From assembly GCA_000182565.2 (NCBI GenBank), contig KQ257451.1: 64,000 nt of DNA; one strand, 5' to 3'. A model generated the notes under the pieces. It was not told the DNA's origin. It made no database searches and saw only the letters and a program-made list of their open reading frames with translations. Positions 11,292 to 23,412 of this stretch are shown here, piece by piece (positions within the stretch are counted from its first letter, which is position 1; each line of letters starts with the position of its first letter). The DNA is from Spizellomyces punctatus DAOM BR117 (Eukaryota). The position numbers and the translations under genes were made by a program.

Positions 11292-14200
11292 CTACAACCA
11301 TAACCCACTAGACGGACCCCTCCGAACACCAGCCCGTCCCCGTCCCCTCCGACTCTGCACAGTCTCAAGTGTCCCATTCTCAACCTGATGCCGCAAAGCG
11401 GATAAAAGGGCTTGAGCGTCTTCATCCCATTGTATGGGCATATCGTCATCCGATTCTCCAGTTTCAACTTGGACTTGACCTTGTTGCTCAGAACCTGTTT
11501 CCTCAGATACAACTGTATTTTCACCAAACAAACACCACCCAACATCCTCCATATGGACAACTTCCCCCGCTTTTCGGACCTTACATGCACCACGTGGGCG
11601 ATAGCGTAACCCATAGACACGCTCTTCAAGTGTGCCTTGCATGAGGTATCGCCAGACGGTTGTGGGACGTGTTTGGCCGATTCGATGGATACGGTTAATC
11701 GCTAAAAACAAACAAAAGTTACATGACTGAAAATTTATCAAAAGTATAATGTATGATTGCCATACCTTGGGCTTCTAATTCAGGATACACGACAGGCTCA
11801 ACCAAAAACACATGGGCAGCACACGTCAGTGATAACCCCGCACTCTGACTCCTAGCATTCAATAACAAGACCTGAACGTTCGTTTCCCGGAAGCGTTGGA
11901 TGGCGTTCGGGGATTTTCCGAGGATCACGTAGGAGATGTTGTTGCGGGTTAGTCCTTGGGCAAGGATATCCAGGACTTGGTCCCATTGGGAAAAGACGAG
12001 GGAGGGGGTAGAGAGGTGTTTGAGGTGTCGGATGAGGGTGTCAAGTTTAGTGCCAAAGGAGCCTTTGAGGGGGATATTGGAGAGATGGGATAAGAGGGTG
12101 GTTGTTGCCTCGTCTGTCGTGTCGGAGAGGGTGTCGGTGGTTGTGGTGGTGGAAGAGGTGGGTGGAAGCGGTTGAAGGGAGACTGGGGTGGTTGTACCAG
12201 GCATAACGGGTTGATTACACATGGGACATTTCCGATGTCGGTGAATCCATCCTCGTACGCACTCTAGTAGTTTCCCAAAAAATTATTAACCACAATAAAA
12301 TGAAATAACCAAATATTTTCATACTTGCCTGCACAATAAATATGCCCACAAGGCGTCAAAACCCCTTCCCGAACACCCATTTTACAAATCGCACATTCCT
12401 GTTCACCCGTGTCACGTTGTAAATGCTCCAAATAGCGTTTTCGTCCTGCGAGCTGCGTGATTTGGGATGTAAGGTCTGCTTCCTCTGTTATGGTTTGATG
12501 GAGGGAGGCTTGTATGGACGGGGGTTCAGGAGGGGGGATGACGCCGTCAGAGATTTTTTGGAGTTGGCGGTAGTATGTGATGCGGAGGTTGAAGAGTTTG
12601 GCAAAGGCAGTGGATTCCCTAATGCGAAAAATTAAACGGCAAATGATCAATATATGGGTTTACGCAAGTGTGATTCCATCAGTGTGTGGATATGGGTTAA
12701 CACTTACTTTTGTAAGATACCAAGTTTGGCTACTTGGTCATCATACACGTTCGAGACGATATTGTGTGCCTCCTGGACCAACTGGACCTCAACCTCCGAC
12801 ACAATCCTCTGCCTCATACGACGCAGCTCGTTCACCAAATCCTTGAGCGAAACACACGAGGCCGGTAACAAGAACGGATCCAATTCGCTTCTTAAAGCTT
12901 TTTCTTGAGGGTTTTGGGACTCTCGGCCGCGCATGCCACCCATGGTTCGATGGCCCGTCAAGAGTTGGCGACGATCTTCAAGGGCGACCGTGTACCAGTT
13001 TTGGTAAACGTCAGCCGTAGATTGGAGGTCGATACCTTTTTGGTATTCGTCACCAGTGGGTGGGTCGATACGTTGAGACGGTTGACCCTGTTCCGTACTC
13101 CCATCGGATGCATCCTCAAGGGGAGCCGTGACGGCACCCCGAATCCAATCCCTCCATCCCCTCATCACCCCCCACTGCCCATCCAACCGCCTTACAATCT
13201 CTTGCACGCGCTCCATTACGTCCGCAGTGCAGATCCCACTGATGGGTACAGTCCCAACGACCATTCCCCCGCCTTCCTCCAACTTGCCCCACGTATTAGA
13301 CACGAACCGCTCCAACCGCGCGGTCATGACACGCACATCCTGTTCAACAGGCCCTAAAATGCATCGACGGATCTGTTCAGCGCGTTTATAGTACTCGGCT
13401 TCGCGGGGTTCGTCTTTAATGGAATGGTAAACAGAAGCGATAAAGTAGAGGATACGATGCTCGAGTTCTTGCCAGAGGTGTAGACGGGATGTAAGAGTAG
13501 ATTGCTCATCGATGAGGTCGTCGTGGAGGTCAGATGATCCGGTCAGGGAAGGGCTATCCTCGTCTGGCAGGTCAAACCCGTCATCGGCGTCGTGGGTCGT
13601 ATACCCCAATTCTTTCCGTCGGGCATCCACGGCGGCCAGTTCTTGTTGGATAGAGTTTATGGTGTGTTGGACATTGCCCAATACTGAATGGTAAATCTCG
13701 AGGGAAGTATCCGCTCCTTTTTCCCATCTACGAAAACACACAAGCCAGTTATGAACACTTTCTGAGCAAGACTTGTTCCTCATTCATTCGCAAACATACC
13801 CGGACTGCTTGGCAATAAACTCGTGCAATTGGGCCCTATAGATTCTCGTTACATAAAGCTGTCGTTCACACGTCAATAAATTCGATACGGCTTGTTTGAG
13901 CATGTGCTCAAGGACTTGTCCAATGGTCCGGAGCGTGCCGCCCAGCGCACGCCGATTCTGGGTGCCCACCTGTGGATGACAACTATGGATACAGTTTAAA
14001 CATCCCAGTTGTTTAAGTGTGTCAATTTCAACAATGTCTTTACTCACCACGCCTGTCTCAATTGAAGTAACCAACCCGTCAACCGAGTCTGCCTCATTTC
14101 TTCGGCCCGCTTCCCCGTGCCAAACCCAGGTGCCCGCACCTCCTCCATCATTCGCTCAACCAATTGATCATACCACGCCCGCTCAACCCGCGAAAACTCT

Positions 14201-16477
14201 AGCCGCACAATCCGCTCCGTCTGCGGCGGGATGGTGAGTTCAGACTTTACAAGGGATTTTAAATTTCGATGCATAAAGCGTTCCAGCGTCGCGTGGAAGA
14301 GGGGGTGGTTTTGGAGCTGCCACCACATGTGTGGGTAAGATGAAAGGGGTTGAATGTTGAGGAATTTGACAAGGCCGTAGAGGTCGGATGTACCGTTCTT
14401 GCCCATAGGTGTTCCTGTGACGGCCCATGGGTGGATGCACGTGAGGAGGCGGGCCATTTCTTTAGGAATATGCAAGTTTAGCGATACTGTTGGTAATTCA
14501 TTTTTCACATTTGCGTACCAGCTGCTTGCGAGACGGATGTTTTGACCATTTGAGCTTCATCCAGAACGACTATCAAGAACCTCAATTTTAGCGTTACAAA
14601 AAAAAAACAAAAACTCGTCACAAAAACGCTACCTCTCCACCAAATAAGCCGCACGAGGGGCGACAAGCGCCGCTTGTACTTTTTCGCATACCGTCTGGAC
14701 CGTCCAGGTTCGGGTTTTGCTGCATGTACTTCCCGCCTCAGCGAATCATATGATGTCAGCACGATATCGTACCTACTCAGTTCAGTGGGAGTGATGGGTT
14801 TGGCTGGGTCCGCTTCGTACACGAGACAAGTGAGCGAAGGGGCATGGCGGTGCGTTTCCGACATCCATTGTTCAATGATGACGGATGGCGCAATGATGAG
14901 TGTCCCAGAGGTTGGGATTGGATTAGAGATTTGATCCCGTTCCATTGCCTCCTCTGTCGGGGAATCATGAATACAGGAGCATTGTAACCGTAAGGTGGGG
15001 TAAGGGACTCACCGCAGGAAGGACACACATAGCGATCCAGTCGTCTTGCCCTCTTTTGCGTCAATCCGACGCATCGCCCGTGGTACCATTTATCGCACTC
15101 GTCACATCTGTGTACAAAAAAACAGAGCTGTTCAACCAGCAGTATGACTAAAAACGTGCAGACAAGAGGCGAATTACGCACGCTATCCAGAATTCAATTT
15201 TATCGCTCGGTGGTGCTTTGCACCATGTGCAGTAGTCATGGTCATTTGTGTCCGGTACAATTTGGCCGTTCTTACTAGTTTTGCCATTCCTGCGATTCCC
15301 GCCGTCTATGATGGTCCTATTCCTAGCTTGCTCCTTTACACCCTGCATGTCACTGCTCGAGACACGGTCCGCCAAGGCCCGTGCACGTTCGTGAAGAAGA
15401 ATCAAGGCCAGAACCATGACCGTCTTTCCCAGACCCATCTAATCACACGCAGTATGAGCATTCTCCTATTAAAAGAAGATGAACGAGTCGGATGAAACGC
15501 ACCTCGTCCGCTAAAATGCCACCCAAGACTTGTTGTTCATTTTCCAGCATGAACGGTTGATCCAGCGACACGGCACCCGTCAACCGATGCACAAAGAGCG
15601 TGTGTCCATGCTCTGTGGGGACGGTATAGGTCAAGAGCGGTGGATCGCGGATGGTGCGGGGTACGACACATCCATGAGCGTCCAATGTGACATGTTCTCT
15701 TGCTAGCATCCACCCAACGGCCCGTTTCTGGAATGGGAGGAGAGTTGGGACAAGAGTGGAAGGTTGGAGATGTGGAGTATCTGGAATGGGATAGACGGAC
15801 GGCACAATGGGTGCGTTCTGAATGTCCCCCTTGGGGACTGTGAGATATTGTGAATCACTCGAGTGATTTGGGTGCAGAAAAGAAAAGAGATGAATGAGCT
15901 CCACACATTGATTCCGCTTTTGCGAATCGAGTGCGTCTGCTTGGGACTGCAACAAGGCAGCATGGGTCAAATACACGCGGACAGTCAATATCCATTGCAA
16001 TTGTGGGTGTGGCGACTCTAGAGCATGCAGTGTCACGTTTCCTGCCAGCGTGCACAGGCGGCGTTGGTAGGCGGTGGAGAGGGCTCCCAACAGCGTTGGT
16101 CGGTCATGATCATGTGGTATGCGTTTATGCAATAGGATCGAGTCTTGATGATGAACTAGGAATGCGGTACCGTCCATGGACACTGTCACGTTGCATTGTG
16201 ATGAGGTTCCCTGTTGCTGGCGAGAGAGAGTGTCTTGAAAGAGTTGCCATGCACCTTGTGGTGAGCCTGGTGTCAGTGTGTGTGTGCAGTCAATGCGCAG
16301 TGATGCGCAATCCCAACCAGACTCGACGACCGAAAGACCCGACTGCGTATCCTTGTCGAGTGGCGGTGTGCTAACCACGTTTGCTTGCCAGACCAAACAC
16401 ACATGAGGAGGAGGAGGAGATGCTGAATAAGGAGTATAATTCCAATGCAAGAGATGAATGCTGCAATCCTCTTGCAT
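11292..16477 (-). CDS. SHPRH/Irc20-like SNF2-family helicase and E3 ligase with PHD and RING fingers
   Basis: [28 protein letters not shown] (CTWC...WIA/CDECDKWYHGRC...CPSC), VLDEAQMV, WAVTGTP, SHPRH helical region, RING (CAIC...PCGHIYC...CPMC), HRIGQTRPTTVWRY. Confidence 0.93.
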
Positions 16478-16656
16478 GAGTGTGCGTGTGAGTGTGAGAA
16501 AATAAAAAAAGAGTCATAATGCTGATCATGTAAGAAATGAAATGAAAATGCAGATCATGAGATCATAATGACATCATGTGTATCCCAATGGGTGGATGAT
16601 CTTGTCACTTTTGATGATGAAATAATCACAATTTTTTTACTTTTTGTTTCAGAAGC

Positions 16657-16659
<3 letters not shown>

Positions 16660-16693
<34 letters not shown>

Positions 16694-16950
16694 TTGACAA
16701 GGGAACAAAGAGAGGTAGGAGAAGAAGAGAAGAAGAAGAGAGAGCAACTAGTTTTCTCTCTCTCTCTCTTTCTATTCAAACACTCGAAAGAGTCTTTCCA
16801 CACACACACACACATTGTACTATTCTTCTTCTTCTTCTCTCTCTCTCTCTCTCTCTTATTGACACTCTCCAATCAACAGAGAGAGAGTTGATTTTATTCA
16901 TTTCTTCTTTCTTTCTCACACACACACACACACATACATACATACATATA
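16660..16950. repeat. Compound microsatellite block: (GA)n, (GAA)n, (CT)n, (CA)n in the divergent SHPRH/histidine kinase intergenic region
   Basis: Direct reading: GA run 16662-16690, CT runs near 16755-16768 and 16834-16856, CA runs near 16799-16814 and 16917-16934. Confidence 0.9.
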
Positions 16951-16992
16951 TACGGATTCTTTCTTTACTCCCTCCCTTACTCCCTCCCTCGC

Positions 16993-19900
16993 ATGGACGC
17001 ACGCTCTCTTTTGTATATTATCGTCTCTCGTGAGGGTCATTTACTCTCAGTATCAGACGGTTTCTCTTTTTCAATTGATTGGGAATACACGGGGGAAGAA
17101 TTGGAGCATCTCTCTACTTTGGATTTGCCTCTCTGCGTATTCAAGACATTGGGGAATAGAAACTGTTACTTTTTGCAAAAGGTCTCTAGAGTATCTCTTG
17201 CACAACAGACGTCTGGTTACTGTATTCAGTATCAGGTAAAGAGTTGGAGGGAATTGGCAAGTTTCCCAGGAAAATATAAACAAACGCGTCTTCTGATTTT
17301 GGTTTGTTAGGACGTGACGGATCTCGTTTCCCAAATGAATCTTTCTCTCGTCGGCAATGTCGACAATGCCATCAAGGACATTGGAGAGAGTGTGGACAAG
17401 AGCCTGGTTAATGACATTAACGTCGCAGTCAGCATGAACCACGATCCAGGCGGCCCAGTCCAAACCCTGTCACTTTCAGGCCTCTCTCCCGGTGCATTGC
17501 CTATCGACAGAGACAACTTGACCCATCCATCCCTCTCAAAGCGATTGTTTTCGGAAAACCTCAGCAAAGGAGCGACAGAGATAAACAATGTCCAGAAGGC
17601 GAGAGAAGCTAACAGTGTCCATGGAGCAAAGGAGGCGCGAAAGGCCAACACGCCCAACACGTCCATTGAGGCAATGGAAATGATTTACAAGAGCACACAC
17701 TCTATCACCGGGGAACAGTATCTGGAACAGCTCGCCCGCCTCCTCACTCACCTCTTGCATGTGCGCCTTGCATTTGTCGGTTATTGCATCCCAAGCCAGC
17801 TGGTTCCCTCGTCCGCCATCGACTTGATGTCCGCCCTCACTCCCCCAGGAGACTTTCAGTCCGTTATGACAGGCTTGTCAAAGCAGGAGCAGCGTGGAGA
17901 AGACAAGCGGTTTCGCCTCATTACCCTTGTTAATAACAATGGGTCCGTGTGTGTAAACATTTTGTGAATTTGTTTATTTCTCATAACACTCAACAGCCCC
18001 CGCTCGCTTTCATAGTCAAGAGACTCTGGCTCCCAAAAATGTCGTGTCGGCGGAATTGGCCTCCCTCTTGCAAGCTCACGACACATTTACCCTGGACTCA
18101 TCCCGCCAATGGATCATCTCCGACCTCTTTGACTCCTTGGGTCCTGACCATGACAAGGACATGTACTTGATTGTTGCAAGTCTGCGCAACGCAGAGGGTG
18201 CACCCAGTGGATGCGTCGGTGTCATGTTGCCGGCTGCTTTGGACCCGTCTCAGAAAGACCTTGTGCAGGCCGTATTGGAAAGCGTTCGACCGCGTGCAGC
18301 GAGAGAGGTGGCTCAACTGGAAGAATTGGAGCAATTGAAAAAGGACAAGATGGCAGCAGAATTGGCCACAAAGAGCAAGTCCAACTTTTTGGCCAACATG
18401 AGGTAAAGGGAGACTTGGTTTCGAGATGCATAGTACCCATTCATTCATTCATGACTCTTGAATGTTGCATCAATAAACAGTCACGAAATCCGCACCCCCG
18501 TCTCTGCCATCATTGGCCTTACAGACATGATCCTTTGGGACAGCCGCGCCCTCTCGGACGAGAACAAGTCCCGCCTCGATCTCATCAACTCGTCCGGTGA
18601 ACACCTCTTGGCCGTCATCAACGGCGTCCTCGACCTTAGCAAAATTGGAGACCAAGACGTTAAATTCTGTTTCCAAAAGAATCCATTAAAGCTTCGGAAA
18701 TGCATTAAAGAAGCTGGTAAGTATCTTCAAGCCCTTCCCCCCTTTGCACAGGTATGGTTGTTTGGAGGGACACAAAACACACTACAAAATATGGATATCT
18801 GGATATTACGGTACTTTTGGTAGAACGCTTTTCTTTTGTGATTTGCAAAAAAAACCATGTTCACTGCGATGTGGTTTTTTTTTTACGTATTTGGTGGATT
18901 TTTACCAATGCGTCGATACAATGGATACTCACACGATTTATTTGATTACACATTAGTTCACCTCGCGGCCCTCTCCCCGGCAGCAGCAAAGAAAAAGATT
19001 CTCATCCTCGACGGTCAAAAGACGGATAACCCTGTCACTGTGGATGCAGGCGCACTCTTACCGGAAGGAGCGAAAATGGCGGATCTCGTTCGAGTAGGAA
19101 CACGGGAAAATTCATTGCCTTTTTACTTTAAAGTCGATAGTAATGTTCCCGAATGGATTTTGGGGGATGTGACGAGGATCCGACAGATTGTACTCAATCT
19201 GTTGACAAATGCGCTCAAGGTAAGGTTGTGAGCATCCTGTACGGTGCTTTATCGATTCTCACCACAATTTTGTTTTTTCTAGTTTACCGATCAAGGCAGT
19301 ATCACATTTACCGTCACACGCCTTGATGCCTCCGACACTGCAGAGCTCCCCGTCCCGCTCTTTGAAGGACAACACCATCCCCTGAAAAACGGGACCGCAT
19401 CCGTTAGTGGCGGTGTGGAAATCTCTCCCGTGCGCACGACCGACAACGCAGGCTCTACTGACACGAGTGTCACTCGTGCTGACGACGTTCCAACCGCGGG
19501 ACTGGGCAAGGCTGTCATTTTGTTTACGGTCGTTGACACGGGTATGTCCTTAACCCTTTGATTTACCATGGTCAGTGGAGGGAGCCTCGTGCTTACCATA
19601 TCCATTATCAGGATGCGGTATTCCTCGCGAAAAAATCAACAGGCTGTTTATGCCCTACTCGCAAATCGATAACCCAAACAACCGAGACTCGGCGGTTGGT
19701 ACTGGTCTAGGTAAGAAAAATAGTTCCTTACACTGGCCGATTTTATTTTGCAAAATCCCTCATCTCTGTTTCTATTTGAAAACAGGACTAGCCATCTCAT
19801 CACGCCTCGTCCAAATGATGGGCGGTCAAATATGGGTAGAATCCTCTGAATCCGTCGGTTCCAAATTCTCATTCTGCGTTCCCTTCCCGATTGTCGAACC

Positions 19901-20877
19901 TGCCGAAACCTCTGGCGGCTCAACATCTTCTTCTTCCCTTTCTGATACGGACCAAGACGCAACGACAACATCTTCCTCGTCAGAATCACCACGAACAAAA
20001 TCACCTGGACGACGCGCCGGTGCATCTCGACGGGCTCCAAGTCGAGAATCGCGGCATGCCCAACGCAATGCTAATCGGAGTGCCCAGGGGGATACCCATA
20101 GCGATGGCAACACTACGCAAAGAGGGACACAACATCACCGCTCGTCTAACCGCCGAGCCGGTCGTACCCCACGCGGAACAAACACTACCCGCAAATCGGC
20201 AAAATACACGAGCAGCATCGCCGAAATGTACCCTCTCTCCATCTTGGTTGCCGAGGACAATCCAAGTGAGTAAATGTACATACATGCGGTTACAAATAGA
20301 GCATAAAAGGCTCACCAAACTATTAAAGTAAATCAACAAATCGCTCTGAGCCTACTCCAAAAAATGGGATACGACGCCGACCTAGCGATTGACGGCGTTG
20401 ACGTGTTGGAAAAAGTGGATAACGGGAAACAATATGATCTTATCCTGTACGTTTGTTATTCCTATTTCTCTTTTTGCCTTTTTCTTCTCATTCATTATTT
20501 TTATATTTTTTTGTAGAATGGATCTCAGCATGCCACGCATGGGGGGCCTGGAAACCATGAACCAACTCGTCAAACGCTCCCATTCTGGATATTCACTCCC
20601 GATCGTGATTGCCTTGACTGCATCCGGAACGGAAGATGATTACGAAGCGTGTCAACAAGGTAAAAACTCTAAACATTTCCTATTTCAATATCATTACAAT
20701 GAAATTAATTTTGATTTTTTAGCGGGGATGCACGATTGGTTAAATAAACCATTTAAAGCCCTAGACCTCGAAACCAAAATCTCGACACATTTTTCCCATC
20801 TTTTGCATTCTTCTGCCAAGGCTGCTGAACCTACCCATCAACAACATCATTGTACCACCAAAAATTTGAAAAATTAA
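16993..20877 (+). CDS. Hybrid two-component histidine kinase (GAF-like sensor region, HisKA, HATPase_c, receiver)
   Basis: KSNFLANM/SHEIRTP (H box), GDVTRIRQIVLNLLTNALK (N box), DTG/GIP, GTGLG/LAISS (G boxes), ILVAEDN, IL/MDLSMPRMGG, ALTA, KPF. Confidence 0.95.
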
Positions 20878-21064
20878 AAAGTGTTTTATATTCTAGTTTT
20901 TTTAATATACATTTCTTTTTTTGGAGGAATGATTCGTATGTCAACGTATGCATCGAGTTTTGTTTTTTGTTTATTCATTGATTCACATTACATACTCGAT
21001 CCACCATACCACAATAACTTATAAAAACACACACAACTCTCCAAAAAACCATTATACTACCACC

Positions 21065-23188
21065 CTAAACCACTTGATCCATCTTTTGCATTCGTAATCT
21101 ATGACCCCTCGTTTGAACATGTACATCCCACTCCAACGACCCATTCAAAACCCGCGGCTTTCCATCCCGGTCGACACAAACTGGACATGTTTGTTTTTTC
21201 CATTGTGGGGTTTTGGAGTGGGTTGGGAGGAGGGTTGATGCGAGGGGTGTTAGGGTGTGTGGGGAGGGTGTCGGTTTGTTTTCGAGGAAATCTAATGGGG
21301 ATGTTTTAGTTGTATGAATGAATGTTTGTTTTTTGGGGTGTGGTTTTTTTTTCTTACCTTTAGCGATTTGGATTGCCGGATCTCGAATGGTTTGATTCCA
21401 CCCATCAAGACCTACCAAAACACAAATCAACACCCCACAAAAAAAGAAAAAAACGATTACCAAAAAAAAACTCACTTGACGCATCCAACAAAAAAAACTC
21501 AACACCCTCTACACCAAAACACCTTGTCGCAAGTTTATTTTTAATCCACGTTACTTGTCGACGAGCGTATTGCCTTGTTGCTCTTTTCATATTCTCTATA
21601 CCCTGCGCGCAAAGACTATCTACATCCGTATCCGCGCCAGGGGATTCAAGATGGGAAAAGTATGTGTCGAATTCCTTGAAACCTATGGAAAATTTCAATA
21701 TTAATGATAAATGTAAGAACAATCAAGGGGTGTTTACCAATGGCTTGTAATATCCCTCGTGTGTAATTATAAGGGGTGTGGTCTTGCGTGGGTGTACCAA
21801 TGACTTGGCCGGTAACGAGTTTTTTTCGCATGTCGAGTAATTCTGGGAATAAACCCAACTATAAACAAAAGGTTTTGAGAATTTTTTTGTTTCGGTAGAG
21901 ATATAAACTCCCAAGTTTGAAAATACTTTGATCATTTCGTCAACTCGTTTGTCGAGGCGGGGGTACAAGGCGGGTGGATCGGCGTAAAGCCAGAATATAC
22001 ATGTTTTGAATCTAGTAAGTTTTTGGTGGGTATGAATATAACCCTTCTTCTGTGTTGGTTCGTATGATTGGGACTGTACCTCAATGTATCCTTTGTTGAA
22101 GCTTGTTGTTCTGCGATCCATTCACTGTGGGGTTTTCCAGTGGTATAAAAAATCTAGTGTCGTGCAGTGTGAATTTCATTTCTCATCACTTGGGTATCGT
22201 GTGGATATGCGGGGGTACCTGAAGACTTCGTCGAAGTTTTCGGTCCTCATTAGGATGCCATCGCTCCGCCATAACTAAAACCCCATTAAAAACAATACCC
22301 CCAAAAAAAAGCACAACAGCAGAAAACCATACCAGGATCTACACAAGAAACCAACTCCGCCAATTCATTCGTCCCCACAAACTCTGCAATCTCTTTCATG
22401 GACCGCCGTTTAGGATCCGTAGCATCCAATGCCCGCGCCATCCGATCTGCCAATGGATGACTAGCAAGACTCTCATGTCGTATATCCGGTGCACTCAAAT
22501 CGGGTTCAGATGCAGAGGCAATGATACTTTCTCGCCATAAGAGGGATTGGATGTAGTAGTTTGTTCCACCGACGAGAATGGGTGTATGGCCTCTAGAATG
22601 GATTTGGGAAATCTTTTTGAAAAAAAGTGGGTAATAGAGTAAAAAGTGGAGTGAAAGTGTTTTTGTTTTTTTTTGTTACCACTTGCAGTGCGTCTCGTTG
22701 GAATTCGGAAACAGAGTACTCTCGACTGGGATCCACGAAATCCATTAAATGATGTGGAATACCATCTCGTTCTTCTGTTGTTGCTTTGTTGGTAGCGATA
22801 TCCAACCCTTTGTAAACCTTGAAAAAATAAACAAAAAACAAACATATATGCCAAAAAGGAAAAAAAGAAAATATATTTGAAAAGTGACGAGTATATGCAA
22901 AAACAGAAAAGCACACAATCTATGAATGCTCCCAACTATCAACATGTTTGGCTTTTTTTCATCCTCTAATAGAAAAGCCATTCCTTCCACTTCTTTGGGG
23001 GCGAGCGTCTTATCGGTTCAACATGAACATACCTGCATTGAATCCGCATTCACAACCTCTCCATTCAACGCTTTGGCCAACTCAATCCCCAACTGCGACT
23101 TTCCGACGCCCGTGGTACCCACCACGACCAGTAGCGGGTGGGTCATGCTGCGTAATGTATGAAAAGCATGTCGAGTGAAAGAGAGCAT
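21065..23188 (-). CDS. MOD5: tRNA dimethylallyltransferase (MiaA/Mod5/TRIT1) with C-terminal zinc finger
   Basis: [59 protein letters not shown]-terminal CPVC...H...H. In-frame ATGs at 23188 and 23146. Confidence 0.95.
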
Positions 23189-23412
23189 GCCCCCACCAAC
23201 AAAAAGCTGGATTTGCGATGGATGATCAAGTAAACAAATGTGGTTTGACAAATGCATTTGAATATGGGTGTGACGGATTGTGACGTGTCCTTTGAATGCG
23301 ATAAAGGTTCGTGGTGATCTGGAGTGTGCCTTTATTGGAATGTATGTGGTGTGTCCACTGCAGGGAGACGAACAACAAAAAGCAGAGACACATTAGCGAA
23401 TGCTACTAGAAA

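Noticed and set aside
16555-16990. ORFs reading ERERER, SLSLS, HTHTH
   Set aside because: These are translations of dinucleotide microsatellites; the real kinase start is at 16993.
22818-23032. Possible intronic snoRNA in the long first MOD5 intron (stem near 22950-22980)
   Set aside because: Only a short A/T-run stem; no convincing C/D or H/ACA box arrangement by eye.
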